64,000 nt of DNA, from the NCBI GenBank assembly GCA_964252035.1, contig OZ176208.1. One strand, 5' to 3'. The first letter of the stretch is position 1, and each line of letters begins with the position of its first letter. Below are positions 36,655 through 49,388 of the stretch, piece after piece. The notes below the pieces were generated by a model, which had not been told where the DNA came from, did not search any database, and saw only the letters and a list, made by a program, of their open reading frames with translations. The translations under genes and the position numbers were made by a program. The DNA is from Podarcis erhardii (lineage: Eukaryota).

Positions 36655-37880
36655 GATTACAGGGCAGTTTACAATGTTTAAAACACAAAAACACATAACA
36701 TAGTAACAAATGAAAACAATAACCCCACCCTCTAGACTGCTCACGTAGGAGGAAAATGAAGAAGGGCCTTAGATGAACCTATATGAACGAACCATCTGGG
36801 TTGGTTCATATAGGGAGAGGTGGTCCTTGGGGTATTGGTGGACAGGACAAAAATGGACCACTCTGATAACCACTCTGATCTATTACTGTCACTTGAGGCA
36901 AGTGACCTCAGTGGCCTTGAGTGCTTTCCATCAGCTTTGTCTGGTAGCCCAGCTGTGCCCTTATCTGGACAGGGGCAGGCTAACTTCTCTTTTCTAGGTG
37001 CTGATAACCTCTACGTTTGATTATTGCAAAATGTTGTATGTGGGGCTTACTCTGAAGACGGTTTGGAAACTTCAGCTGGTGCAGATTTCAGTGGCCAGGT
37101 TGCTCACTGGGACAAGTGAATAGGTAACACCATGCATACAGAAGCTTATACCCAGAACAAACTTAGTTGGTCTCTAAGGTGCTACTGGACAATTTTTTAT
37201 TTTTTAAAATTTATTTTGACTGCGTCAGACCAACACAGCTACCTACCTGAATCTAGGTAACACCAATCCTGGTTTGCCAGTCACTTTCTGGGCCCAATTC
37301 AAAGTGCTGGTTTTCACCTATAAAGAGGACTGCAATACCTCAAGGATCCCTTCTCCCCATAAGAACCGACCCAGGCCCTGCAATCATCATCTGAGACCCT
37401 TCTTTGTGTGCCTTCTCGGCAAGAGGTCTGGGATGTGTGTCTTTTGCAAATAAATACTGTTCTGTATGAAGGCATTGGGAGTGGCTTGGAGCAAGGCTTG
37501 GTCAGTACACGGATTATGACATGCAACTCTGTTTCTGAATCAGGAGTAGCTACGCAAGCTCTGAACCGGAGTCTGAATGCAGTGGTAGATTGGATGAAGG
37601 CCAGTAAACTGTCTGAATCCCTGGGGGCTGAGGCTCTTTGGGTGGGTGGTTCCTGTGTCTGAGAGACAGGCAATTTATCTGTTCTAGATGGAGTCCTCTT
37701 TGAAGAAGCAGGTACATAGCTTGGGGGTGTTCCTGGATATATATGTTACTTAGAGTCCAAGTGCCCTCTTTGGCCAGGAGAGCAACTTTGTTTGGTTTGC
37801 TACAGCCATTCCTGGGTAGCCTGATCACTGTAGTCAATGCATTTGTAACCTCAAGGCTGGATTACTGAAATGTGCTGTAT
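36655..37880. mobile_element. Cluster of degenerate L2-like LINE pieces in both orientations
   Basis: Minus-strand 3' end at about 36655-36845. Plus-strand LITSTFDYCKMLYVGLTLKTVWKLQLVQ...ARLLTG...FKVLVFTYK at about 36990-37330. A plus-strand, more N-terminal piece (decayed YADDTQL...VTSRLDY) at about 37440-37880. Confidence 0.7.
37133..37253 (+). mobile_element. Short Penelope-like 3' terminal copy inserted in L2
   Basis: gaagcttatacc...cttagttggtctctaaggtgctactgga...ttttgactgcgtcagaccaacacagctacctacctg is the same family as 62.5 kb. 12-bp TSD taggtaacacca (37121-37132 / 37254-37265). Confidence 0.8.
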
Positions 37881-38548
37881 GTAGTTTTTAATATGTATGT
37901 ATAATTGTAAACTGTGTTGATTTTTTTTTTGTTATGCGAGTATTTGTAAATAAATATCAATACAAGCTCCCACTTGAAATTTACTGAGATGTACCAAATC
38001 CTCTTGGACAGGACTTTTTCTTTTTCTCACTTATTACAGCAAAATTTTGAAGAATTTAATATGCCCCTATTGGTCTAAATCCAAGAGCTAGTATTGTGCA
38101 CTCAAACATCAAATTAGGTATTTAATTGCTATCACAGCTCATGTTCTACTCTTGGCATACCAGTGTAAACATACCCCTTTGTTCTACAGTAAACTCGATG
38201 TCAAATTTATTATACAGCAAATGAAAAAGCGACAACGTACAGTTCAAATCAATTATTTCTGACTTCCCTCTCATAGTGTTGACAAGCAGCTACACGTGTG
38301 GTTGGTGGGAGACGAACAGGTGGTGGGTCACTGCAATTTGGCAATCTTTCAATGCTTCTATTACAGAATTGCTACACTTCTGCATTGTAAGGACAAACAG
38401 GTTTTCTAGCCTGAAACACTTATAAGTTTTGAAGTGCTTAGCCTAGGATGGACTTACTATATAATGAGGTATATTTCTATGGTTCAGGGTTTTCTTTAAA
38501 TGAAACCTGTTAATCAGTATTTAATCTACAGTTCAAAACAGGTACATA

Positions 38549-38789
38549 CAGTGGTACCTCGGTTTAAGAACAGCCCTGTTTATGAACTATTCAGTTTACG
38601 AACTCCGCAAAACCAGAAGTAGTGTCCCGGTTTGCAAACTTTACCTCGGTCTAAGAATGGAAGCCAAGTGGTGGAAGGGCACTGGCGGCAGGAGGCCTCA
38701 TTAGGGAAAGTGCACCTCAGTTTAAGAACGGTTTCAGTTTAAGAACGGACTTCCGGAACAGATTAAGTTCGTAAATCGAGGTACCACTG
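38549..38789 (+). mobile_element. Tigger/pogo-like MITE, second subfamily
   Basis: Same cagtggtacctcg TIRs but different internal sequence (gtttaagaac / gtttacgaac repeats). Confidence 0.85.
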
Positions 38790-41217
38790 TCCTCCAGTGT
38801 TAGCCCTCCCATTAGGCAGACTGAGACAGCCATTTTTGGGTGTCGTGAAAGGGAATGAGTTACTTAATTTATTATAATTGTCATTTTACTTTCTCCAATG
38901 GGATCCCTGGTGACTCAGGCCACTGGCAGTGTCTAATGGAAACCCCACCATGAGCTCTTCACACTACTGCTGGAGAAGAGAGGCTAGGAACAGTCAAGGC
39001 CCTTGAGGTCCTTGAGGTCCAAAGACCTTGAGGTCTTTTCTTATGTAGAAAAAAATAGCAGATTATGCTTGAGGGATGTTGTTAAGATTTGCTGGACCCA
39101 TTCAGAAACAGCAATTTTAGAACATAACAAGCAATATTCTGAATAGTGAACTGCTGGCTCAGGCCCCACTTGAGAATAGAGATGGAGATTGTGCACTTTT
39201 ATAGGAAGTAATCTGAGCGACCAAAAGAAGAATGCCACCTTATGTGACACACTTTCTCAAGAACTACAAAGTCAACGTTCTTTGCATTTACTTGGCTCTC
39301 GGCATTTACTATGCATAGGGTTGTTCTATCTCACCTGATTCTCATATTCTGTGTACACTGATTTTATCCTGACTAGAAACCTAGTTGTATTCCTAATGAA
39401 TGACCTAGCCAGTTCACACACCTTTGCTCTGTAGGATGGCTTGATTTTACTGTGCCAATACATTCAAAGGTGATATCATAGCAGCATCAAAGAAACATTT
39501 CACTGCAATGCCCCTAAATAGCATAGATTACACTATATATATTAGGTCTGCTCATCTTTTGACCATCATGAAACACCAAGCCTATTTTCAGGCAGGTCTA
39601 CAGAATTGGGGGTGGGTGGGGGTGTTGCCAAATACCTCTGTGTGCCTGGCCCCATCAACTCTACTCCCATCCTTTGTACATTAAGTGGGCAGGTCTGGAG
39701 GGAAATTATACAACAAATTGGGAACCCTGATTGTGCAGGGTTTCTGATCTCAGGGAGGATACAGGGTATGAGATGAATCCTTCTCCATAAAGGTTGGGAA
39801 AGAACTGACAGTTTTATTGAATTTTTGGGTGGTTCATGTGTCTCTTGAACCCCCTTCCCCCTTTCCCCACGTGTTCCAAGCACACCTTCAAAACCACATC
39901 ATAAGAGGTATTTGTTAATTTATTTCATTGCAGTTTTCTTTGCCCCATAAAACTAGAATACACAGTAAATTACTTTTAAGTGTTTAGATCCTTCAGCGTA
40001 ATATATGGCCAGAAAAATGCCGGTGATATATTGGTTGGAACCAAGGTGCCCGGTAAACTTAATCATTTCTTATAAAGAAATAAGCTTGTAACTTCTCTGT
40101 TCTCTATCAGCCTCAATGGTGAACCATGAATAAAGGCATAAAGGATGATAGTTGCTCAGTATGCATGACTTGGTCTTAAGCAAATGTCTTTTATCTGTTA
40201 GAAAAGTAAGAAAAAAGGCAATTGGCTGGCAGTTTGAAAAGCTTCTTTGACACAACACTGTATCATGTTTGTGAAGTATTCAAGAAAGTGTCATTTTCTT
40301 TTGTATTTCGTTTTAGGACCTGTTTTTGAAGCATAGGCCATCTCTCCCCTCCCTTTTCGGGGGAAATCTGACTTTCATCTGCTTATGATATTGCTCTGCT
40401 GTCTTTCCCTCCCTGATCAGTTACATCCAAAAAAGTAAAAGGCCATAGCATCACAGAGTCATATAGTCAAAGAAATAATGAAGTGGAAAATTACAAAAAT
40501 GCTTTTAATCTCACTCTTTTAAGTGCAAGCTGAAAACATGTTATACAAGAAGAGCAATTCCAATGTAAACAGAACTGGATAGAAATACAAATGTTCCTAT
40601 AAATACACAGCCAGAGCAGTTGTGACCTGTCTCTGTCCATTTGGAGTTTGCAGCCCTTCATTTTTGTGGTCAGGGTGCCCCACAAACTTTGTCCAGTCTC
40701 ATCTAACTCAAAGTCAGTTGGGATGCTTATAGGGCAGTAAATTGTTAGTTATTTAATTAACTCGAGATTTTAATTAAAGTTTATACTTTTGCTAGATAGT
40801 GAGGGGTTGCCATTTGGATATTCTATCAGACAGCAGAATATCTTGGGCCATCACCCTTGTTGGCAGTAGTGTTATTTTCTATCACGGGTGTTATTGAACT
40901 CAACCACAACATTTGGCTTTATGGTCAACTGGGATACTAATTTTTCAAGCAATGATAAAGAAAGCACAGACTCAGGCTAAGTGAGAATTTAGCAACACCA
41001 CTTACTCTCTGAGTACCTGATGCTATTCCCCTCCCTCAACACCACTTGAAATCGCCTTGTCTAAGCAATTTATCAGGAGTATCCTTCCACTTAATTTTGT
41101 TTTGACAACATAATGAACATCCTTAGACTTATTTTGACTTCATTTTGTTTACTGTTGATACTTTTATCTTGTCATCGACTGACATTGATGAGATTTATAT
41201 AAAAGCATAGACTCCTG

Positions 41218-41254
41218 TAGATAGACAGACAGATAGATAGATAGATAGATAGAT
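41218..41254. repeat. (AGAC)/(AGAT)n microsatellite
   Basis: Direct reading. Confidence 0.9.
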
Positions 41255-41825
41255 TTAATTTAAGGACATTTCTGAACCCCTTAATATTTTAAAATTTCTA
41301 TGAGTAGATGAAGCTCCTACCCTTATTATCAATAATGGCAAAATACTGATAGTTAGGATTACTGCTCTCTTTTTTCCTTGGCACAAATTCAACATGCTAG
41401 TATTTTCTCACTTAAAAATTCCTGCACAGAAGCAAATGGATATATCTCGCACCTGCCAATAAATGCAGTGAAGATTAAGTGTTTGGATGTAAACAATAAT
41501 AGCTATATTCATTTGCATCTCATTTCATCTTGAAGGCTTACATGTTAGTTACTTGTTTGTGATTTGTTTATGGGACTTGCTTCAGTCTTGGAGAAGGATG
41601 CTCTGTCTTAGTCTGAAGCTGCTGCACCAATGGCTGAGGAACTGGACTGATCTCCTTACACTGAATCTGGTGATTGGAAGCTCCCTGGGTTTGAAATTGA
41701 TAGGCACAAGCCCCAGAGCTAGTAGAACCAGAGTCAGAGCATCACAAGAGCTTTCTGCTGAGCCCAAGGAATTGAGTACCTCCCATATTAACATGCCTGC
41801 CTGATAGAGCATGGCAGCCAAATTG

Positions 41826-41826
<1 letters not shown>

Positions 41827-41886
<60 letters not shown>

Positions 41887-42325
41887 CAACAAAAACATTT
41901 GTATATCCCCATTCTTCTGATGTTCACAGGGTGGTTAACAACATAAAAATGCAAAATGGGAATACAAAATAGAGAGAAAAAACCAACCAACCACTAACCC
42001 CCTGTGACAAACACATTTAAAAGGCCATAGAATGTTAACCAGCCAGAGGCCTGGTTACAGAAAAAGATTTTTGCTTGGCACTTGAATATATGTAATGAAG
42101 GAGCCAGGCGAGCTTCCCTGGGGAGAGCTTTCCACAAATGGGGAGCCGCTGCTGGTTCTCATGTTGCCGCTCTCCAGACCTCTGGTGGAGGAGGCACATG
42201 ATAAAGGGCCTCAGGTGATGATTTTAGGGTCCAGACTGGTTCATATGGGGAAGGGTGGTCCTTGAAGTATTGTGGTCCTGAGGCATTTAAGGCTTTATAG
42301 GTAAAAACCAGCACTTTGAATTGGA
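41827..42325 (-). mobile_element. L2-like LINE 3' end with (TTA)n tail
   Basis: Reverse complement encodes QFKVLVFTYKALNASGPQYFKDH. (TAA)n at 41827-41880. Confidence 0.75.
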
Positions 42326-42459
42326 TTATGGATGAGGGAGGTCTTACTCAAAGCTGAGCTGGCATTCAGCAACAGCAGCTGCAGTTCCGAGGAGGGGCTG
42401 GCACACTGGGATCTGTCCATGGTGCTATAACCACCAGTTTGCCTTGCCAGTTTGTAGAG

Positions 42460-42596
42460 CAGGCTTCCTCAAACTCGGCCCTTCAGATGTTTTTGAGACT
42501 ACACTTCCCATCATCCCTGACCACTGGTCCTGCTAGGTAGGGATCATGGGAGTTGTAGTCCAAAAACATCTAGAGGGCTGAGTTTGAGGAAGCCTG
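42460..42596. mobile_element. hAT (Charlie-like) MITE
   Basis: TIR caggcttcctcaaactc / gagtttgaggaagcctg, TSD ttgtagag / ttgtaggg. Confidence 0.88.
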
Positions 42597-42601
42597 TTGT
42601 A

Positions 42602-43008
42602 GGGTGTAGCTTACCGACAGAACAACTGTTTTGCACACCGAGGACCCCAGATTCAATCCCCAAAATTTCCTGGTAGGGCTGGGGAAGACTCCTGCCTGGA
42701 ATCCTGTAGAGCCACTGCCATTATATACAGTACAGTGGTACCTCTGGTTACGTACTTAATTCGTTCCGGAGGTTCGTTCTTAACCTGAAACTGTTCTTAA
42801 CCTGAAGCACCACTTTAGCTAATAGGGCCTCCCGCTGCTGCCGCGCCGCCACCACCGCACGATTTCTGTTCTCATCCTGAAGCAAAGTTCTTAACCCGAG
42901 GTATTATTTCTGGGTTAGCGGAGTCTGTAACCTGAAGCATATGTAACCCGAGGTACCACTGTAGTGAGCAAAATGGACCAGTGGTCTCACATAGGCAGCT
43001 TCCTGTGC
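42602..43008 (+). mobile_element. Squam2-like SINE interrupted by a MITE
   Basis: 5' half 42602-42730 (gattcaatccc...ggtagggctggggaagactcctgcc), 3' half after 42963 (atggaccagtggtctc...ggcagcttcct). Confidence 0.6.
42733..42961 (-). mobile_element. Tigger/pogo-like MITE, copy 7
   Basis: TIRs and TA TSD. Confidence 0.9.
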
Positions 43009-43789
43009 TACTAACTTTGCCTATGTAAAAATTAATAATTTAAAAAATCCTACTAATCTACTAATATAGAACTTTACTAATATAGAACTTTACTAATACA
43101 TGTACTGGGAACAGTACACTCCTGCACCTTTCTCAAAAACAGGAGTAGGATTTATTTTATAGATAATGGGATGAGAATATTATATTCTTTATGAAAAATA
43201 ATAGCAACAGAGAGATAAATGACTCATATGATGAAAGTGATATGAAGTGCACAGCTTCCATTTCCCTAAACCTCATTTCTTCCCCTCCCTCCCTGCCAGC
43301 TGTCCATTCCAAATGACATAGCTCCCTCTCCTGGCATTCTCTCCCATCTCCCAGGTAACCAGCCACACTCATTCCCATTCTGTTCTCTCTCAAGTGACCA
43401 GTCCCACATAAGACTCACTTATGTGGGAGCATTTCATTCTTACCATAGCTTGCCTGCTCCCATGCCTCTCGGGAATCAGCCAGAAGCAGATCAGAACAGG
43501 ATTCGGCTGTTCATAGTGATGCGAGCCAATGTGGTACAACATATAAGTGAGCTGCTTTTGGAGCTGAGAGGCATAGATTGAAATCCATGAACTCAACTGG
43601 GATAACTTTGGATCAGTCACACGCTCCCACCCTAATCTGTTTGAGGATGAAATGGGATAAACCTGTGTACTCTGCCTTGAGCCCCTTGGAAGAATGGATG
43701 GATATCAATATTCTATATAAGATGATGGACGTCCCAAATAATGAATGTGGGAGGGAAAGAGAGATCTGTGAATGTACAATGTCTTTTCT

Positions 43790-44050
43790 CTACTCAGCTC
43801 TTCACATGGCCTCTGTGCTTTAGAATGCCCTTCCCTCTGCCATCAGTGAAGCATCATCCATCAGTTGCTTCAGATGGCTTATAAAGACATCTTTTTGCCC
43901 AGGCTCTCCCTGACCCGTAAGATTGGACACTTAACTACTGAATTTCTTTTTATCTCTTTTCATAACATTGTTTTATTGTTCCGATATTTTCTTTTTTGTT
44001 TACTGCTTTGAGATTTTTAAATAAGCAGGATAGAAATGCTTTTAAATAAA
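43790..44050 (+). mobile_element. Old L2-like 3' end
   Basis: gaatgcccttccc...cttataaagacatctttttgcccaggc...tagaaatgcttttaaataaa. Confidence 0.5.
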
Positions 44051-44525
44051 AAAGTGTCTGACTATATGCTCCCGGCTGTAATTTGGGTTATGACGATAAA
44101 AAAGAAAAGAAAAAGTTTATGTTCGTGGGTGTGTGTGTGGAGTTTTAACATGTGGAGATCCAGAAAGCAACAAAACCTAAGATGAGTTTTCATGCTTTAT
44201 CTGGGAACCCCAAATAATTCATATTAATTTAAAGGCATCTTGTGCAGATGTCTGAATTATGTGTAGACACTGATAGGCAAAAAAGATTTTGCAAGCACAA
44301 TATTTGCCACCTTTGCCCTCTGAAAGGAACCGAAGATTCCAAAGTGACCAGTTGCCAGGAAACAAACATACAAGCATTGCACAATGCATGGTTATGGTAT
44401 TGGTCAAAGCAGTAAGAGAATCTTAATGCTATATCTCTTATTGCTGTAAAATAAGACAGCTTTGTTCAACCATGCATGCAGCATAGTTTAACCCCTCAAC
44501 CTGGCCACTTTGAACTAGACCTGCA

Positions 44526-44670
44526 TTATAGGAAGCTGCATTATACTGAGTCAGACCATTGGTCCCTCTAGCTCAGTATTGTCTACCCAGTACTGCCCTA
44601 CTCAGAGGGGTTGGGATTCGAACCCGGAACCTTCTGAAGGCAAGGCAGATGCACTACCACTGAGCTTCCC
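44526..44670 (-). mobile_element. Squam2-like SINE, internally deleted
   Basis: Reverse complement has A box agctcagtggtag, B box ggttcgaatcc and 3' end tagacaatactgagctagagggaccaatggtctgactcagtataatgcagcttcct. Confidence 0.7.
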
Positions 44671-47600
44671 ACGCCGTCACGCTAGTTGGCATCCTTAAGA
44701 GATAATGCACGTATGGGTTTGACCTTTGGCAACAGGGTTAAAAAGGAAGTGAATTAGCTTCACTATGCATGTTCCAGAACTTCTTGCATCTAATATTTCT
44801 AAATTGACATCTAATATATTGAAATGCCACAAGCCTCTTGTCACAGAATAACTGGTAGTCGAAAACGAAAACACGGATTACACGCCCACTTTTCAGTCTC
44901 CCATTCTTTTGCAGCCTGCACACTCTGATAGTCAATCAGTGTACAGAAGCATGATAATGGATGGAATAGTCCCCATCTGGGTTCCAGTGCTTTTGCAGTA
45001 ACAAGGTTCCTCCCCAATCACCACGTCTCTGCTGACTCCAGCTGGGTGTCTTTGGAATACCTGCTTCCCAGCACAATGATCAGCAGACTTCTGGAGGAAT
45101 ATATTCCTCAAACTGGCAAAGTGTGCAGAAACAGAATCAGTCACAGCTTGTCTTTGGCGACAGCTTCCGTCAAAATGTCAGGTTTTGCATGCCAGGCAAT
45201 GATTGCTTGAGACATTATCCACTGTGACTTTTGCTGCGACACAAATCGTGTATTGACCATCAGTAATTTGCTTTGAAAAAGAAAGCATGTCATAATGGTC
45301 CCATATGCTTGTTATATCAGTGTTATCCTCATTGAAAACTGAAGCCCAGAAATAAAAATGCATCAAATATAAAAGCAACAACAATAATTATATAATGGTT
45401 TGTTCTGCTTCTTGCTCGTTTCTTAAAGCTAACCTGTCAAAGGGGAAAAAAATTAAATTGTCAATAGTGGGAATTGTAATTTTAGCTTTTGAAATGTCCG
45501 GATTTTTGACAGTTGAATGAGGCACTTTTTCATAGTGTTTGGTGGGGGGCTTGGGTACTAAATTTCACTACAATTTACTGTCTGCAGGCTTCTTTTTGCA
45601 TGTAATAATGGAAAATGTCTATCTTGATACGTTTTGAGTTGGATGCACCCATCTCTTCTTTGTCTTTCATCCGTTCTGTCTATCTTTCCTATGTACTGTT
45701 TCAAAATGCGTGAGAGCAAAGTCAAGGAATAAATATTCTACTTTTCTCACAGTACATAGTCTTGCACTGTCAGAAATGTCACAGGTTAATGGTACAACTG
45801 AGCTTCATTTATCTTACTCTGACAGCTCAACCACCCTAACGCGATCCAACAGCAACATCCCTCCTCAGCCAGGTGACATTCCTAGCCTTTGTTCTCTTTA
45901 ATTTGAAGCTTCTTAGAGCATTTGTAGAGATTTTTAAAGAGAGTTTCTAGGGTTGTTCTTTTTTAAAAATCCTTTCTTGTTATGTGTAATTATGCTCAGA
46001 TAGGATGGAGGGAACAGGACCTGTGGGAGGTTAAGAATTTGCTCTGTGCTCAAAATAGTTCAGCATGAGCCACCATCATTTTTAAAATGGGAGGTTTGTT
46101 AACCAGAAATTACAGGGATACCATGAAAAATGACAGTTATGTATTTTTAATTTTCAGACCTTTCTATTATGCTTGTTTAATTATTCATTAAAGCTAAAAG
46201 GCTAATATGTGGTGGAGCTCAAGCCAATTTTATCTTGCAGACTGATAGGATTTCTAATCAGAACTGTCTCAGTCAGATGGTAAATGAGTTGCAAAGGACT
46301 GTGGTGCTGAATTTTTTGGGCATAATTTGACTGGGACCCTGAATAAGCAGTGGTATTTGCCGCATTCTAAGGCACCTGATGCTCAGTATCTCACCATCCT
46401 TTTCAGACCATTTATAACAGCAAGAGCCCTGTTCCTAGTCTGGAACTATTTCCCCAAAATGTTTCAACTAGCAAGAATAGTCACACTCTATTGTTTATTT
46501 TTTTTCAGTATTTAGATGCCGCCTTTCAGGGCAAACCCTTCCAAGGCAGCTTATAACAACTTATTAAAAATGCAAAATTCATTATAATCATCTAAAAACT
46601 GAAATTTACTAAACTAAACACCTATAAATATTTTAACCAGCAACTTTAGATGATCCTAAGGGCTCTGGTATGCCCAATGGCAGAACCCTATGCATCTCTT
46701 CTTTCAAAGAGATTTGTGATATAGCCATTTGCCAAGCATGGGCATGTGAAACTAGCCACAGAAGTATAATTGCTGTAACCTTGCTATTCAGCCATCAGAT
46801 CAAAGTTCCATTTAGTTATACATTCTGCTTTCCAAGTAGAGCATCCCTCAAATGGTCCCCAGAGAGGCCGAGAATAGAAGTGGACAGAAAGCTAATTTTA
46901 TGTGGTCGCTAGCTGGTTGCCTCAAGAACTAGTTCACTTTCCTTTCCTATCCTCCATGAGCCATTATTTCTCTTGGGCACAGTTTTTTTGTTTGTAGACG
47001 TAACAGCTATATTTCATGTTTGCATTTCACTCCTTCATCTCACCACTCAACAGGAAGTATTTATCCATGACAAGTCATGTGTCCGTCTGTCCATCCCCTG
47101 CCCCACAACTTAAAGGTTCAGATTGATGTTGAGATTAGGAGGAGTTAGTAGATGTGGTAGGGAGATAAATGTAAGCATAAATAAAACCAACACATATGGG
47201 TGAATTTTATCCCTTCTATAATTAATTATGAAGGATGGGAGGAATTTAACACTAAGCTTCAAGGTGGTGTCATGTTTTCAATATATTTTAAAGTAATTTA
47301 TGTTGTTTGCTAAAAATTGAACACATTTTCTCTGCTGAATTGTAGCTAATATAGTCCCAGCATAATGGAAGTTTTACGACAATGGCTCAAGTAGCTTGGG
47401 GTATAATGCTTTAGCAGATTGACACACAGTAATAATAGCCGTAATCATTTTATTCCACCGTTAATACCGGATCTAAAAGATTAATAAATCAGCCCAAACA
47501 GGCCCTTTATTTTCCATAAAGATACCCATTATAAAGTAGCATAGTTGTGAAGTTAGTATAGGCAGAGATAAAGTTATGTATTTTTTTTCTGTTACGTTTA

Positions 47601-48324
47601 TTCGTTGATTTAATAGAGATTCTGTTGTCCAGAGGTAAGAAAAGAAAAATACCTGATTCGATCTTAAATTATTGATAGTGTGTGTGAGTAGTGGCGTTTT
47701 CTTTTTAAAAAATAATAATAATCTGGCAGCTATTTGAGGAGAATGCTTTACTTTGCTTTCTCCTTACATTTTAAAATTTAATTATTTGCATTGCTATCCC
47801 ATAGCCTCTCAGGCAAACAGAGCAAGCTGATCCCTGACAGAGGCACTCTGTATAGATCTATATATAGTTCAGTGTCCTCATTCCCTCTGCTACCTTACGG
47901 AAACTGCAGAGTTTCCCTTGTCTATCCTCTCCTGTATCTCTTAGTTTTTCAACTTGTCTTATGAGACCTTGTTTATTTCTTGACTAGTCTTTTGGGTCCT
48001 TGAAATGATCTACTGTTTATGGATCTGCATTGGAGCGACTTTTCAATGAGCAACTCTTTTATGGCTAGAATAACTTTTAAACATAGCTGTCAACTTTTCC
48101 CTTTTCCTGCGAGGAATCCTATTCAGAATAAGGGAATTTCCCTTAAAAAAGGGAAACGTTGACAGCTATGCTTTTAAATGATCCAAACATGTGGGTGGAG
48201 ATAGTGGCTGATCACTCAGGATTCATTCACAAAATCCCCCACCCCTCCATGATATATAGCCCACTGATCAACCTACCTATGTGGTTATGCCATTTGAATG
48301 TTAACTTTAGCCTTGTGGAAACAA

Positions 48325-48377
48325 GACTAGATGGTCCTCAAGGTCCCTTGCAAATCTACAATTCTATGACTCTAAGT
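48325..48377 (+). mobile_element. CR1 3' terminus
   Basis: gactagatggtcctcaaggtcccttgcaaatctacaattctatgactct matches the conserved CR1 3' end with attctrtg repeats. Confidence 0.7.
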
Positions 48378-49388
48378 TAGAGTTGTCCAAGTGGTCGATC
48401 GCGATTGACAGGTAGATTGCTGTGGTTCTTCTGGTCGATCGTGTGATTAAAAAAAGAGGTCGCCTGTGTGTTTCTTATCGTTTGCTCTCCCTCACCCCGC
48501 TTTTGTCCTCCAAAAAAGCTCAACAACTCTGCGCACTCCTTCCCAAGAAAAGCTCAACAACTCTTGGCAATGACAATGGGTAGATGGGCAACACTGGAAA
48601 AGGTACTATGATACATATATGGTGGAATTGTTTAAACATCAAACAATTTTGCGAAACAATATATAACGAAATGAAAAAATGTTCAGATATTCATTTAGGA
48701 AAACAGTATTGGGAATAGTACCAGGAAGTCTAAAGGAAGAAGACAAGACATTATATTTATATGCAACAGTAGCCTCAAGGCTATTGATTGTGAAAAATTG
48801 GAAAAGTGGTATTATACCGACAAAAATAGAGTGGCTTGCCAAATTACTGGAGTACTACAATATATCCAAAACAATGGGAGAAATTGGAAGGATCTCAAAA
48901 GAGAAGATAGACAGGGACTGGAAGGTGTTTAAAGGATACTTGCAAAACCATACTGAAAAATCAGAACTCCTATTAGAATAAACAAGTTCTGTTTTAAATA
49001 CTGAAATACTAAATAAGATGGATAACAATGTGTAATAGAAAAAGAAGCGTGAAATTAGGTTAAAGGTGTGTGAAAGAAAGTAATAGAAGTGGAAAAAAAT
49101 TGCAATTGAGTAGATTGGAAGTCTAACACAAAGGTGGGGTGAGGGGTGGTGGATGGTGATGGGAAAAGGAATTATTTGTGGGATTGAGTTTAGGTATGTT
49201 TGAACATTTTTAAGGATTGTATGAAATGTATGTTTGTATGCTTGTATATTCGCAATATGTGTGTATTAATGCAGAATGATTTTAACAATAAAAACTTTTC
49301 AAAAAAAAGAAAAAAAGACAATGGGTAGATCACTGCCAGTTTGATTATACTTGGTGTAGATCGCAGTCTCTATAGTTGGCTGTGCCTG
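48378..49388. mobile_element. hAT MITE split by an L1 insertion
   Basis: Degenerate TIRs tagagttgtccaa / ttggctgtgcctg, perfect 8-bp TSD ctctaagt (48370-48377 / 49389-49396). Confidence 0.7.
48586..49316 (+). mobile_element. 5'-truncated L1-clade LINE
   Basis: ORF2 C-terminus GTMIHIWWNC (zinc-knuckle half), then after a frameshift ORF 48679-48981 ...VLGI...ASRLLIVKNWK...PTKIEWL..., G-rich 3' UTR tract near 49132-49165, AATAAA, poly(A), 14-bp TSD gacaatgggtagat. Confidence 0.88.

Noticed and set aside
44900-45210. Acceptor-like site and an ~85-codon stop-free frame
   Set aside because: No recognisable protein similarity and no consistent splice frame
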